DNA of 64,000 nt from Vicugna vicugna (lineage: Eukaryota): NCBI GenBank assembly GCA_013265495.1, contig MU058221.1:3472001-3536000 (forward strand). Reading direction: 5' to 3'. Position 1 is the first letter of the stretch. Each line of letters starts with the position of its first letter. The translations under genes and the position numbers were made by a program. Below are positions 12,420 through 25,412 of the stretch, piece after piece. The notes beneath the pieces are model-generated. The model had not been told where the DNA came from, did no database searches, and worked only from the letters and a program-made list of their open reading frames with translations.

Positions 12420-12540
12420 GGGGGGAGGGTGTAGCTCAGCCGTAGAGCACGTGCTCAGCATGCACGAGGTCCTGGGTTCAATCCCCAGTCCCTCCATTAA
12501 ACAAACTAACAAACAAACCAACCTAATTACCCCCCAAAAT
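12420..12540 (+). mobile_element. tRNA-Ala-derived SINE (camelid Vic-1-like)
   Basis: ggggagggtgtagctcagccgtagagcacgtgctcagcatgcacgaggtcctgggttcaatccccagt with A/B boxes, then A-rich linker and cctaattacccccc tail; two other copies in the window. Confidence 0.9.
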
Positions 12541-12859
12541 CTTCTCTTAAAGATATATACATATATATATGTAAAAGTTTTTTTTTTCCTTGAATAAAAG
12601 TGAGCGAAAATTTTGTTCCTTGAGAAAGATAGGGACATAGTGTGACCTCCATCTAGAAGGGCTGTGCTCTGACTTAACCTGTGGGATCCCATTTGAAAGA
12701 GCAGAAACTGTAATAATTAGAGACACTAGATTTGGTTACTTTTGACAACAGTATACATAAAAAGCTTACTTTCACATGATTTCACCAAATCTGGCTATAT
12801 TTTAACATGTTTAACTCTTAAAACTGATTGATTGTCAACAGTTTTGCTGTCATTTTAGA

Positions 12860-13330
12860 GAATTACACTCTTTTCACATGATTATTGGAGATTTTACGTC
12901 TTCAGTTGAAATTTTCCAAATGTTATCTTGGCTTCTTTCTCTGTGGATATAAACCATTCTTTGGTTTTTTTTTACAAGCACTTCGTATATTTTTAGAGCA
13001 ACATTTTCATATAATGGAAATATCTCTTCCTTTTTTTTTTTAATGTGTCTTTTGACTTTGTTTCTATTTTGGACACATGAATTTGATGGTTTTCCTTGAT
13101 GCTTTCTGGCTTTCATGACATACTTTAAAAAGCCCATACTAACTCTAGGATTATAAAAGCATTTCTGTAAAGCACTTACAATGCCTTTCTGTTTTACATC
13201 GTTGTAAAGAAAGGTTGTAGTAAATCCAATTTAATTTATTTTCTTAATGTTATGTCTATTTCTATCAAACCCAATTACTATAATTTATAATTCCATCCCA
13301 GGAGGCTATTTTCTGTTTTTGTTTGAGCCG
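12860..13330 (-). mobile_element. Highly decayed L1M ORF2 fragment
   Basis: T-rich sequence resembling reverse L1 ORF2 (ttttcacatgattattgg...gacatactttaaaaagcccatactaactctagg...ggctattttctgtt). Confidence 0.45.
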
Positions 13331-15859
13331 CTCCTGTGTTCACTTACTTCTTGAGCCTCTTGCTATCTTATAAAGATGACATCCATACTTGGTAATTATA
13401 GTAGAACAGTCGGCAAATCTAGTGATGGGCACAAATGGAGCAAGAAAGGGAATCCTTTCTCAGACTGCATCCAGAGGAAAGACTCCCAAGTGTGATGGAT
13501 GACAATAATCGTCAGTGCTTCTCGGGGCAGCATCTTTCACTTGCCAATTAGATGCACCAAGACCCAGAGGGATGATAGCTAGTTAATTGAAGTAACTCAG
13601 CTGACATCATGGCAACTATTGGAATAACCTTCCCTAACATTCTGATAAAACGGCAAATTAGTTGTGCAGCATCAGAGTGCAGGGAAGTGTGAGGCAAAAT
13701 CTTATAAAGGGAACAGTCGCTTTTGATTGACTCATATTAGAATCTTGCAGTTCCGTCCATCAGATTAAGCTCAGCCAGCCGTCACTCGTCGGCAGCCTTC
13801 ACTTGTGTGAACCGTGACCATCTCCATGACAGCAGGGAGGCTGGCCTCTCTGTCGTTCTCGGGTACCTCATTTTAAGCTTCATTTGTTCTTATTGGTCAG
13901 GCTGGCAGCATTATACACAGCAGTAGCCATTCACAAGTTCTTCATATCCAGCTAATGAAATATTCTTTGACAAGTGAATAAAGAACATCTCTATAAGAAA
14001 TCTCAACATTTTCCCCTTTCTCTATGACCAGTCTTTTCTTGTATCACACCTACTTGGGTTTCTCCATTTCCTGTGTCTTTATGAAGCATTTTTTTGATTA
14101 TTTTATTTTTAAAATGTCCATTCTGTTACTCCTTAAGGTATCCTGATTGAATGACAATTTGTATATTCTTAATTTATGTAACATAGTATTTCTTTAATAC
14201 CACTCATCCAGTGAGGAATGTGTATACACCCAAGAACTTGCTAGAACAGTAGCTGACGGTGGACTGGTGTTTTCTCAGATTGCTGGCTGGTTCCTCCCAA
14301 GTGAACAAGTGAGTGCATCACTGCGCATCTCCTGGCGAGATTCCGAGATCTGCTGTCTCGGGATCTGAACTTTGGCAAATCTTTCCGTCAGAAACTTGGG
14401 TGAGGACACCCTTTAGAGAACAGCTGATTTGAATGATGGGAAGTAAGGTAAGGGTTATAATAAAGACGAAACAGAGAATAAAGATGAGAAACATGGAGAT
14501 GAACATTACTACATAGGAACAGTTGTTCTCAGGGAGATCATTTTTTTAAGGAGGCAAAACAGTACAGAACTGAAGAAATAGAAAGTGTTTACAAATTCAT
14601 ACAAAAAATTAAAAAAATGATAAAAGGACTGTGGGCTATCGTGGACTCCAAACCTGGACATTCTAATTTCTGTCTCTGTGTTATTTGTAACCTCTGTTGG
14701 GGTAATTTCATCTGAATTGAAACCATACATGATATAATGCTAGAGAAACACTAAGTAGTTTAGAAAAAATATAGATGAGATAAGGATTTCTAGAACCAAC
14801 ATTGAGGAAATTTTTTTCCAACACAGTAGCTTTTGAGTAGTATCTGGGAAAAGGGAAAAATGATGACCTGTATGTTCAAGTGTACACTTGAAGTTTTATT
14901 GTCCCTAAGTCAATTTTAGCCAGCCACTTCAAGGTTGCCTTTAGATATGTTACCATAGTTTATCAGCTCTACTACTCAATTAATTATAAGACCGTTCATT
15001 AAGAATGAAGAAAAAAGTTGGTTAATTTAACGATAATTCCGTATCTTAAATACGTATCACGCAAGCATCCTGTTGCTTTTAAATTTCTTCAGTCTGTTCT
15101 AGGCGATCTGGCAGTTTCAGTGACATTCGGTTGCACTGCTATTTGTGTGCAGTAATAGTTGTGTTAGTAATTCTTTGCATGTGTCTCAGACATAAGATTT
15201 AACTCTGTTTCATCTACTTGTGGGTGTCGCCTTTCCTCAGGTTCCACGTAGTACTTGACAGTTGCTTTACAACCAATAGTGGAACCGCTACCATTCCTCC
15301 AGCCACAGAGATTCGTTTCATTCATATCCAGTGCACATTGGCTGCTCTTTTCCTGAGCCCTTCTGTACAGTCAGAGACATTCCATGTTAAGAAAGCCTCG
15401 TAGTGTGCTCTCTGTGATGCCACTAAAAGTGGCAGTTAAACTCAACACCCGTGGTAACCAGGAAGCACATTGAATACTTGTGCTGAAAAGCAAAATAAGG
15501 ATGACCTAGTCTGGGTATGTGCAGGCACTGACCGCCGCTTCACGATTCCCGATTGGCTGACAAAGACTGTAAGACCCTGCTGATAACGAGACAGAAATCA
15601 ATGGTGTGTGCGCTCCTTGTGAGAGAACGTGCATCTTAAAATCAGTGAAATCTAGTAGGTCATATTTTTCTTGCCACCTAATGCCATCTTCAGGATGGGC
15701 TTCTTGCAGTTAGAAAAGTCGGTCTATAAAAAGAGAAAACATACAAATTCAAAAAAAATTAAAAGTAGAAGATGTGTTTGTGCTGTGCTTGGTCAGAGAG
15801 TGTATTTGTGTAAATTGCAGGAGCGTCCATTGCTAAGGATATTGTCAAGATAACGTTAA

Positions 15860-18600
15860 GTCATTCCAAACTTCAGCCCCCGTCACAGGAAGACTAACTA
15901 GCAACTTATCCATGGATAAACATCACCACCACGAAAATCCCAGAGCCTGGGGATGAGGCTGAAGCAGGCCTCTGGACCACCAGGATCAAGAAGGACCGCA
16001 TTAGAAGGGTAGAGGGGTGGCTACACCCCGACTGCATCGCCCCTCCACCAGGTCAAAACAGAGAGGCACCGAGTCCTGTGGTTTCTCCAGTGGGCAAAGA
16101 GAGCCCCAGGTGGACACACAGCTCCAGTGTTGCAGGAAGCTTCCTGGGAGACCCCTTCAGGTCTTGCTTTATGGCGATCACTGGGGGAACCTGTGGAGCC
16201 TGACTGGGGGATCAGTAAGAGGCAGAGAGTGTGTAGGACTTACAGCAACCAGCACTCGGATATTGGCAGACGGTGTACCTGTTTGCAGTGTCACACAAGC
16301 AGAGATTCCAGCTAGCAGCTCTGCCCGTTTCCAGGGTGGCGCTGTCTGGCCAGGGAGCTCACTTGGCACTTCTGTCCGATTTGGGTCCCCGGTCAGCAGG
16401 CCGTGCCGGCTGGAGCACCTCCTACCACTCTGCCTGGACACGAAGCAGCTTTTCAGCCCTGCCAAACTGCTGAGCATGGCTGTCACTCCTGCCCATTCAG
16501 AAGGCTTGGCCAGCGGTTCCAGGCAGCTTCAGAGTCCCTCCTCTATAGCCTCATTCAGGCCGGGGGCCAGACTAGCAGACTCGCTCAACTGTAAGGCGTT
16601 GACTCTGGCCGCACGTAGCCGCTGAGCCTGAACAGTGGCCCCGGGCAGCCGGGAGGCCACCCTGTGGCTCTGCCCGGCCACGTAGCCCAGCCTGCAGTGG
16701 CCCCCAGCACACGTCCCGGACTGTTTGCTGAATGCAGCCTGTGGCCTCAGTCAGGAGGAATCCCAGCCAGTGGCCCTACCTCGTCACAGAGCCGTCTCTG
16801 TACCCACCCAAGCGCAGGACGCAGTGAGAGGCCCTCCCCAGCCAGAGCGCCTGTTCCGGGACCTTGTGCAGCAGCAGGGCACAGCCCGTGACCCGTCCGA
16901 TCATGAAGCCCAGCCTGCACTGCCACGTCCAACTTCAGGATAGAGCCTTTGTCCGCTCCTGGACACGGAGTCCAGGTAGCAGCATGGTCTTGGAAAGGAA
17001 CACACCCCAAGGCCCATCTGACCAGGGGCAGCGGCAGAGCCAAGCTGCAGCCCTTCCTCTGCAATGGCAGAGCTGGCATCTCCCCGGCAGAGAAAATGAC
17101 CCCTGGGCTTGCCTGACCAGAGGTGATTGCTCCGTCCAACTAGTGACCCCACCGGAATGTGGGGTACGATGGCCTGATCAGACAGCCCACTCAGTAACCC
17201 CATTTGAAGGTGGATTCCAGCCAGCAGACCCGCCCCAGCGTGGAGCCCAGCACGTCCCTGCACTCAGAGCTTGGGCCCTGGCCTCAAGCACCTCGAGACC
17301 CCGGAGCCAGCCTGGCGTGACCACAGACGCTGCCAGCTGCCTGTTCTGTGCCCCAGGCTGAGCTGACTGGCGGGTGTCCTGCCCTGCCGAAGCAAACCTG
17401 CAGGGTTTGAAAGAAGAAGCCACTTAATCAGATGGACAGGTGAGCAACACAAGGAGTCAAGGACTGTGCAAAATCAGGTAAATAGCGCGCAATCCAAGGA
17501 AACCAGGGAGGCTCCAACGACTGACTCCAGAGATAGGGAGACGTGTGGACTGGCCGACAAAGAACTTAGAAGACTCCTCCTGAAGCCCAGTGAGCTACAA
17601 CGACACACAGAAAACGAAACAAAATTCAGAACATAATGCATGAAAAGATGGGAAGTTTGACAGAGAAATAGAGACCTTCAAAAATCGAAGGTGGAGATTT
17701 AAGGGCTGGAGAACATGATGACTGAATGGAAGAATTCAGTGCAGATGAGCTTCAGTATCCGACTCCACCAGGCAGAGGAATCAATGATCTAGAAGGCAGA
17801 ACGTTTGAAATTACTCAGAGGAACAAATTAAAAAAAATGAAACTGAAAAATACCTATGGATGATGGGTGACTAATGAAAGAAACAATATACTGTTTTGGG
17901 ACTCAGGGAAGGGGAAGAGAAAGAAAGTCGATGTGAAACAATAATGGCTGAAAATTTTCCAACCTGGGGAGATACAGACATTCAGACCCCTGAGACCCAC
18001 AGATGAATGGATAAAGGAAATGTGATATATTATATATGTTTATATATGATTATAATTGTATGTCAGATACATTTATATAGCATTCAGCAATGAAAAAGGA
18101 AATCCTCCCGTTTGTGACGATACGGACGTACTTGGAGGGCACTGTGCTATGTGCAGTAAGTCAGACAGAGAAGCAAATACCGCGTGATCTCATGTATACG
18201 TGGAATCTAAATAAATGAACTCACAGAAGCAGAGCAGTAGATGGGGGGTTGCCAGGGGGAGGGGGATGTGGAGGTGGGGGAAATGGGTGAAGGTGTCAAA
18301 GGGGACAGGCTCTTCCAGTTACAGGACAAATAATTTCTGGGTATGCAATGTGCAGCATGGTTATTATACTTAGCAATACTGTTTGCATATTTGAAAATTG
18401 CTAAGAGAGTAAATGCAAAATGTTCTTGGCACACACACAATTTTAACTACGTGGGTGATGGACATATTAACTAACTGTATTGTGATAATCAGTTTTCTGT
18501 GCTACATGTATACACATATATATAAAATTAGATTGTACACTACAGACTTAGGCAGTGCTGAATGTCAATTATATCACAGTTCAAGTGGTAAAAAAATAAA
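15860..18600 (+). mobile_element. Old L1 (L1MA9/L1M3-like) with GC-rich 5'UTR, 5' half of ORF1, large internal deletion, ORF2 tail and 3'UTR
   Basis: GC-rich 5'UTR-like 15860-17430; decayed ORF1 ~17430-17998 (gacaaagaactt, gagctacaa, ataatggctgaaaattttccaacctgggga); agatgaatggataaaggaaatgtg...gtggaatctaa from 18001; 3' end tgtcaattatatcac...aaaaaataaa. Confidence 0.8.
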
Positions 18601-18719
18601 GTACAGGGATGTCTAAATTCAGCTGGTTTGTGACATTTGATTGCAGTTTATTTCCTGTTTTCCCCCCGCAGCTCCCAGGCCCTGATGGTTATCTTTACTG
18701 TTTGTCTTTGATGGATGGA

Positions 18720-19048
18720 AAGATTGGTCATGAACTGTCAAGCTGCAGCCCTTTTCCCCCAATGTTTTTGTACAGTTGGATAGCTCGGAATGGTTTTTAC
18801 ATGCCTACATTTGTTCATGGTTGAAAAAAGGCAACATAAGAAATATATTTTTTGATGAATAAATTTTATAAACTTCAAATTTTAGTGTCCCAATGAAGTT
18901 TTATTGGAACAAAGCCTCACGCGTTGCTTATGCACTGTCTGCAAATGCCTTTGCACTGACAGAGCAGAGCTGGCTTGCTGTCATAAAGGGCACATGGCCC
19001 TCAAACCTTAACCCCGTCCTTTCCGGAAAAAAAGTTTATGGACATCTG
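18720..19048. mobile_element. MER58B-like hAT-Charlie DNA transposon
   Basis: gaatggtttttacat...ttcaaattttagtgtcccaatgaagttttattggaacaaagcc...gaaaaaaagtttatggacatctg. Confidence 0.75.
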
Positions 19049-20985
19049 CTGTATGTCAGTGTCTTATGACCTTTATTGATTTGGGCCAGATAACATCGTA
19101 TATGGACGATAGTTAGAAGTCTTAAAAATTTTTCTGTTTTCAAGTCAGAAGCACTTCTTTTCAGATTTTTCCGTGGTCGTGTTCGACTTTGCTCGTTTCC
19201 GTATAGTGAAATATACCAACGTGCTCTTTCTCCTCTTCCTTGGAACTCATCACTTGTAATTTTCTAAATAGACTCAAATTACCATGGTCACTTCCTCTTT
19301 GACCCAAGAGATATTTAGAAGAGCTTTCTGGATATTTCAGAGAGAATGATTTTTTTTTTCTTTTACTTTTTTATGCTTTCTTGTTAATCTGACATATTTG
19401 GCATTGAATTTCGGAAACGTGATCCTTTTTTGAAAACAACTCAGGAATTTGAAAAGAATTTCCGTTTTTAGTATGCATAAAGTTAAGCTTATATATTTAT
19501 CATATGCATTATATGCCTTCTCCTAAAGTTTTGCTTAATTCACCTCTCAAAGGTGGAGGGTGTTGTCTTAATATTTGGAGTAAATTTACTTTAATGACTG
19601 AGGTTGACATATATCGATCATTTTTTAAATCCAGTCTCCATAAATTTCGGGAGCCCCTAAACTCTAGCAGATAAAGAAGAAGAAAGCCCCTGCTCTCACG
19701 AAGCCCTCATGATGGGAAATATTTCATGGAACTCAAAACGATGCAAGAGAAAAGCAAAACAAAAAGTAATTTTATTTTACTTCTTGTACATACTAACAAG
19801 AATAAGTGATGCATTAAAGGAATATTTTATTCTATTTGGAAAGCCAGCACCTTTTCCCCCTGTGTTTCTGTTTCAGATGGAGTTTAGTATGTGGTTTCCT
19901 AGGATATGTGCGTGCAGGGGCGGCAGTGATAGCTGAGTGAGAAACACAGGCAGGAGAAAAGCACGGGTGTGAAGACTTTGAATGAGGAGGGAGCCGGAAA
20001 CTGCAAGTGGACGGAGGTACATAGGGATGGAGCGAAGGAAAGAGGAGGGAACGACAGGAGGCATGCAAGTCTGGTCCTCTGCCCGGAGGACGGACTGAGG
20101 GTTCTGGGTGGTTGCCTAAGAGCAAGGGAAGGATTTCAGGCAAGGGACGACATGACCCTATTTTTAATTTTCCCCATTTCACACATACCCGTTTCCTTTG
20201 GTGGGCAGTGTGGTTTGGAGACGTTGGGCAAGACTGGATATAGGAAGAAGACTCAAGACGCTGAGTCAACCACTCTTTGCAAATGGGAGGTATCTCTTGC
20301 TTCTGTTTGTAAGCTTGAAACCTACTCATTGTAAAGGTGATGTTACCATCTCTTCTCTTTCTTTCTCTGTGGACCCTTCGTGAGTTTGCCCTGAGTCTTC
20401 TGTGCACTTGTCTGTGTCTCCAGAGTCATCATGATTTCTTTAAAAAAAATGTATTAGTTGTGGGCTACACTTTTATTTTATGTAAATAGTATTGTGTTAT
20501 TTAGCGCATTGTTTCTGCTGCTTCTAACTGATGCCTAACCCCACGTGACGTTCATCCATCCCATTTTACGTCTTTACTCTCCTAATCGTGCACAACCAGA
20601 GTATTTCAGACCCCCCCACTCACAAATAACGTTATCATAATCATGCCTGTCCTTTCGTGGAGCTGTGTGAGCTGCTTTCACGATAAGATGTAGACACACA
20701 CCATATGTGTCCATCTCCAGACTGTCTGCTCTGACCGACCTTCCACAAAACGTAAGTGAGGATTCCTATTAGTCACAGTTTACCCAGATTTCATATTACT
20801 CAGTTTCTAGTTTTTAGAATATATTTGGTATAAATGCTATCTAAAAAATTAACTATAAAAATTTCAAACATACCTTAAAATACAGAGAAGAGTAAAATGG
20901 ATCCCCTTCAGTTAATAGTTATTACATTTGCTTTATTTCGTTTATTTTTTAAATCATTTTGCTGAAATTTTAATCCAGATCTTAC

Positions 20986-21495
20986 AGTATGCTGATTTGC
21001 TTTTGCTGCTGTAACAAATCACCAGGAATTTACAGGCGTAAAATAGCACAGGTGTATTATGTTACTTTTCTGGAGGTTGGAAGTCCAAACTGAGTCTCAC
21101 TGGGACAAAATCAAGGGGTTGGCAGGATTGTATTCATTGCTGGATGTTCTAAGGAGAATTGATTTTCTTGCCTTTTCCTGCTTCGGTAGGTTACTCCCAT
21201 TCCTTGGCTTCTGGTCCCTTTCCATCTTCAAAGCCAGCTGTGTCTGGCTGAGTCTTTCCCATGCCACATCACTGATGCTGAAAGTTCCACTTCTCTCTTT
21301 TTCATTTAAAGCATCCTTGTGATTACGGTGGGTTCATCCAGACAATACAGGACCATTTCCTTATTGTAAAGTCATCTACTTATCAATCATAATTCTAAGT
21401 GCAACCTTAATCTCCCTTTTGCAGTTTAACATGCGATATTCAGAGGGTCCAGGGACTAGGACGTGGGCATCCATGAGGGGTCATTGTTCTCATGG
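20986..21495 (-). mobile_element. MaLR LTR (MLT1D-like)
   Basis: ttgctgctgtaacaaatcacca...ttctggaggttggaagtcc...aaaatcaagg...ccattccttggct...tccatcttcaaagccagc...taggacgtgggcatc. Confidence 0.8.
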
Positions 21496-23219
21496 CTGCC
21501 CTTGGGTAGCATCCATCAGTGATTCATTTCTGAAGATTAAGGACACCTGGTTACATGGCCACCATGCGGAATCATGCCTAACTAGTGTTACTGCAGTTTG
21601 TTTATTTCTTTTTTTTTTAAATCAGGATCCAGACAAGGTCTATTTATTGAATTCCATTGTTGATATATCACGTAAGCATTTGCCACACTCACTTTTATTT
21701 TGTTTTCCGAACAATTGATTTCTTAGAAGCATCCAGTCCATCGTCCTGCAGAATATCCCACTTGATGGCTTTATTCTAATGTTGCCTTATTTTGAGGTAT
21801 ACACTGTATTTCTTATAAACCTCCAGCTAGATCTAAAGGCCAGAAGAGATTCAAGGTCAATGCGTGTGGTGACAATACCGGTCAGTTTTTCCTGTGTACT
21901 TCACAATGTGTCACATCAGAAGGCTCATAGTGTCTCCTTGCTCTGTTGTACTGACGTGAGCTTTCAACATCCACTCTTATGGATGTGATTTGCCTGTTGC
22001 CAACAGCCATGGGATTCCATTACTTCCACTCTGCCACTGCTGGAAATCTTGGTGGATTTTTAAAGCATCATCCACCTAGTCATTATCTGTAGGGTGTATC
22101 TTTTCCAACCACATGAAGTGTGGCCATCATTCAATCAGGCCGTTCTGTCATTTTCTTAATTTGGCCTCATCTGCACTGTATGTTTAAAAGGCTTATCTGA
22201 AGTCTCTGTCTCATGGATGGTGCCCTTCCCCACTTCTCAGTACTGTTATGGAATCTTCTGTTTATTTATGTACATTTCAATAGGAATTTTTGAGGAAGAC
22301 AAAGTTGAATACTGATGTCAGTTTTTTTATTATTAAAGATTTTATGTGTTAGGGACACCGATGACGCACTGCTGATTTTAGTGTCTACTGATTAACAGAA
22401 AATATAGAAAAAATGACAGTATGATTTTAGTAACTTAAATATGTTTGAAACAATCAAAGCAGAGAATTCATTCACATTTAAAAAACAGTCGTTCAAATAT
22501 ATAATAGGTATATGTTGTTAATATCCTGATAATGCATGTGGATTTATGAACTCCCTGTAATTTATGACCTCTCCCCAGGAGACTGTGGACTTCAGAGTAG
22601 AAACAATGACTTTAAGGAATATGGTTTTCAGTTTGGAATTTCAATGGGACTATTATCTGAATTAATTCTTAATCCCTAGGCTACGGAAGTGCAATTGAAT
22701 ATTAGCCCTTTAATGTTGAAACGATTCCTAGAATGAATTGCCTTTTCAACAGCTTAATGTTGCCCTAAGGGTGTAAATTGTGTACCGTGGTTTCCCCAGT
22801 TATCCATATTTCATCCAGAAATGATGTTGTATTTATTTCATTATTTAACATTTGCATTTTTGACTATATATCTTTACATTTAGTCATATAACACATTTGT
22901 TGTTATATGTTGGTGATACCACAGTAAGAAAAATAGATACCATTGTGTGTCTTGCATGGAGAGTTTGCGGTCAATTCTGAGAAGATGGGTCTGATTTTCA
23001 TGCCGTTAACCAGGATAAGACAGGGATGTTTTCGGCACTGAGGGCAAGTTCTCCTATTTGGGATGAGGGTAGAGAGATCCTTTATATTAGATCTGATTTC
23101 GATGATCTGTGAGTCATAGAAAACACAGTGACAAACAACAACAGCAACAAAGGGTTGTTTCTTGTCATCTGGGAGGGACCAGCTCAGTTGCTGGTAAGGC
23201 TGTCGCCCACTTTTGGGGC

Positions 23220-23750
23220 TGTAATGATCAGGGTCCAATCAGGGGAGCAGAAATACTCTCAGTACGTACCAGGAATTAGATGGTGTGTAATTTTGGAAAG
23301 AGCTGGCAAGTCAAAGTCCAGGAGGGTGTTGAGGGATGGTAAGGTTGATCCCTGACCAGTCAATCTTGAGAAGCCAGGCATGTCCAGAGGCTACGACGGC
23401 CTCACGGGGCAGGTCTGCAGAAAACTCCGCTCCTCTCTGCTCCCTTCTCTGTGGGTCTGCGGCCAGGCTTCTCCTGGAAGGCCTGGAGCTGCCGCGGGCT
23501 CACAGGGTCAGCAGTTGGGAAGAAGGTCTGGACACAGAGCAGAGGAGGGCGGGGACGGGAACGCACCAGCTCCTCCACGTCAGCCTGGCACAGTGTCTGA
23601 CCTTGATGACTGTCAGAGAAGCGTGGCCGCTGCCTGAATGCCGTCCCCCAAATGTCTTACGGATCCTTCTGTTAGAAGACTCTCTCTGGGAACCTTGCAG
23701 AGAAGCTGCTTCTGGAAAGTTAAACCAAGTCGATCTAGTCTAACTACCAG
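23220..23750 (-). mobile_element. Ancient ERV-L-class LTR (family uncertain)
   Basis: tcagggtccaatcaggggagcagaaa start and gggaaccttgcagagaagctgcttctggaaag end resemble old ERVL LTRs. Confidence 0.4.
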
Positions 23751-24658
23751 AGGTAAACAGACAGACAGAACCAGCCAGGTGCTCACAACCAAAGCAGACA
23801 GGAAGGGTTCCAACTCATTTGGAAGATAAGGTGCTACTTAAGTGCGTGGGTCACGTGGGTACAAGGCTGGGAGAGAACTTTCAGAAGGAAGATTAACGAG
23901 GTAAAGGGGCAAACATTCTGTAAGATATTAGCACCAAGGAGGGGGTATTGAGTATATTTTAGAGGCAAAATATAGATAAAATACTGAGTATTGGGATAAC
24001 ATTGTAAATCACTCTAGGAGATTTAGTTAGTGACTTCTGGTTTGCCTTTCCCTTTTAATCTTTATTTCACATTATTAAGAAGAAAAAAGTGACAACCTGA
24101 ATTCAGGACTCTGGCGTTTTTCAGGCAGGTCTGCTCTCTGGATGAGTTTAGGGAGTGAGCACTGAAGTGTGTACCGGGCGGTGATGGACTGTGTGTTCCT
24201 AATGCATTTGGCAAGTGCTCCGAGGGAAATTACTTTGCTCTTACTCAGACAGATACCGCCGTGTTCTCCCTAAATAAAATGCCTATATCCCATCATTTCT
24301 GTGTGAAAGAGAGGGATGGTCAGTGTTGAATAAGAAGCAAACATTGCTGAGATTTATCAAGATGAGAGTTGAGCAGTGAAGAGACACACATTGGTGCAAG
24401 TGTTTCCAGGAGCTCAGCTGAAATTTACATTCAGAGACCCAGTTGGCTCTATTCAAATCTATCCAAGGATGTTGCATCATTAGAAAAAGTGCCTGTGGCG
24501 CCTAGGAGAGGGAGAAGGGAGTTTGCAATCCAAGAACTAGAGCTGGGAAAAGAAAAAAAAAGGCAAGTTATCATAGGAAATGCCATTAAAAGAAAATGCC
24601 CTCCAGTAAAGCTGTGTTCCTCCCACAGCCACCTGGCAGGGTTCTATATTGTACTTTC

Positions 24659-25412
24659 TTTCTTTTTTTTTTTTTAACAACATAACTTTTTATTGATTTG
24701 TAATCATTTTACAATGTTGTGTCAAATTCCAGTGTAGAGCACAATTTTTCAGTTATACATGAACACATATATATATTCATTGTCACATTTTTTTCTCTGT
24801 GAGCTACCATAAGATCTTGTATATATTTCCCTGTGCTGTACAGTAGAATATTGTGTATCTATTCTACAATTTTGAAATCCCAGTCTGTCCCTTCCCACCT
24901 CCCACCCCCTTGGCAACCACAAGTTTGTATCCTATGTCTATGAGTCTATTTCTGTTTTGTATTTATGCTTTTTTATTTTTGTTTTTGTCTTTTAGATTCC
25001 ACATATGAGCAATCTCATATGGTATTTTTCTCTGTCTTTCTGGCTTACTTCACTTAGAATGACATTCTCCAGGAGCATCCATGTTGCTGCAAATGGTGTT
25101 ATGTTGTCAGTTTTTATGGCTGAATAGTATTCCATTGTATAAATATATCACCTGTTCTTTATCCTGTCATCCGTTGATGGACATTTAGGCTGTTTCCATG
25201 TCTTGGCTATTGTAAATAGTGCTGCTATGAACATTGGGGTGCAGGTGTCATCCTGAAGTAGGGTTCCTTCTTGATATATGCCCAGGAGCAGGATTCCTGG
25301 GTCATATGATAAGTCTACTCCTAGTCTTTTGAGGAATCTCCATATTGTTTTCCACAGTGGCTGCACCAAACTGCATTCCCACCAGCAGTGAAGGAGGGTT
25401 CCCTTTTCTCCG
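24659..25412 (-). mobile_element. Young 5'-truncated L1 (~750 bp) with 12-bp TSD
   Basis: Poly(T) tail; ORF2 end [24 protein letters not shown] tattgtactttc at 24647-24658 and 25413-25424; same subfamily as 1948-3397. Confidence 0.95.

Noticed and set aside
12420..12496. tRNA-Ala gene (also 31168 and 42580-42653)
   Set aside because: Copies carry SINE linker and tail, TSDs where visible, and scattered mutations; they are tRNA-derived SINEs
15418..15434. Palindrome tgccact-aaa-agtggca resembling a CTCF site
   Set aside because: Spacing does not fit the CTCF core and a 7-bp stem is expected by chance
16017..17361. Overlapping 100-200 aa ORFs on both strands
   Set aside because: They lie in a GC-rich L1 5'UTR where stops are scarce; no recognisable domain
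19832..20407. 191-aa minus-strand ORF
   Set aside because: No recognisable motif, non-ATG start, overlaps purine-rich L2-like decayed sequence
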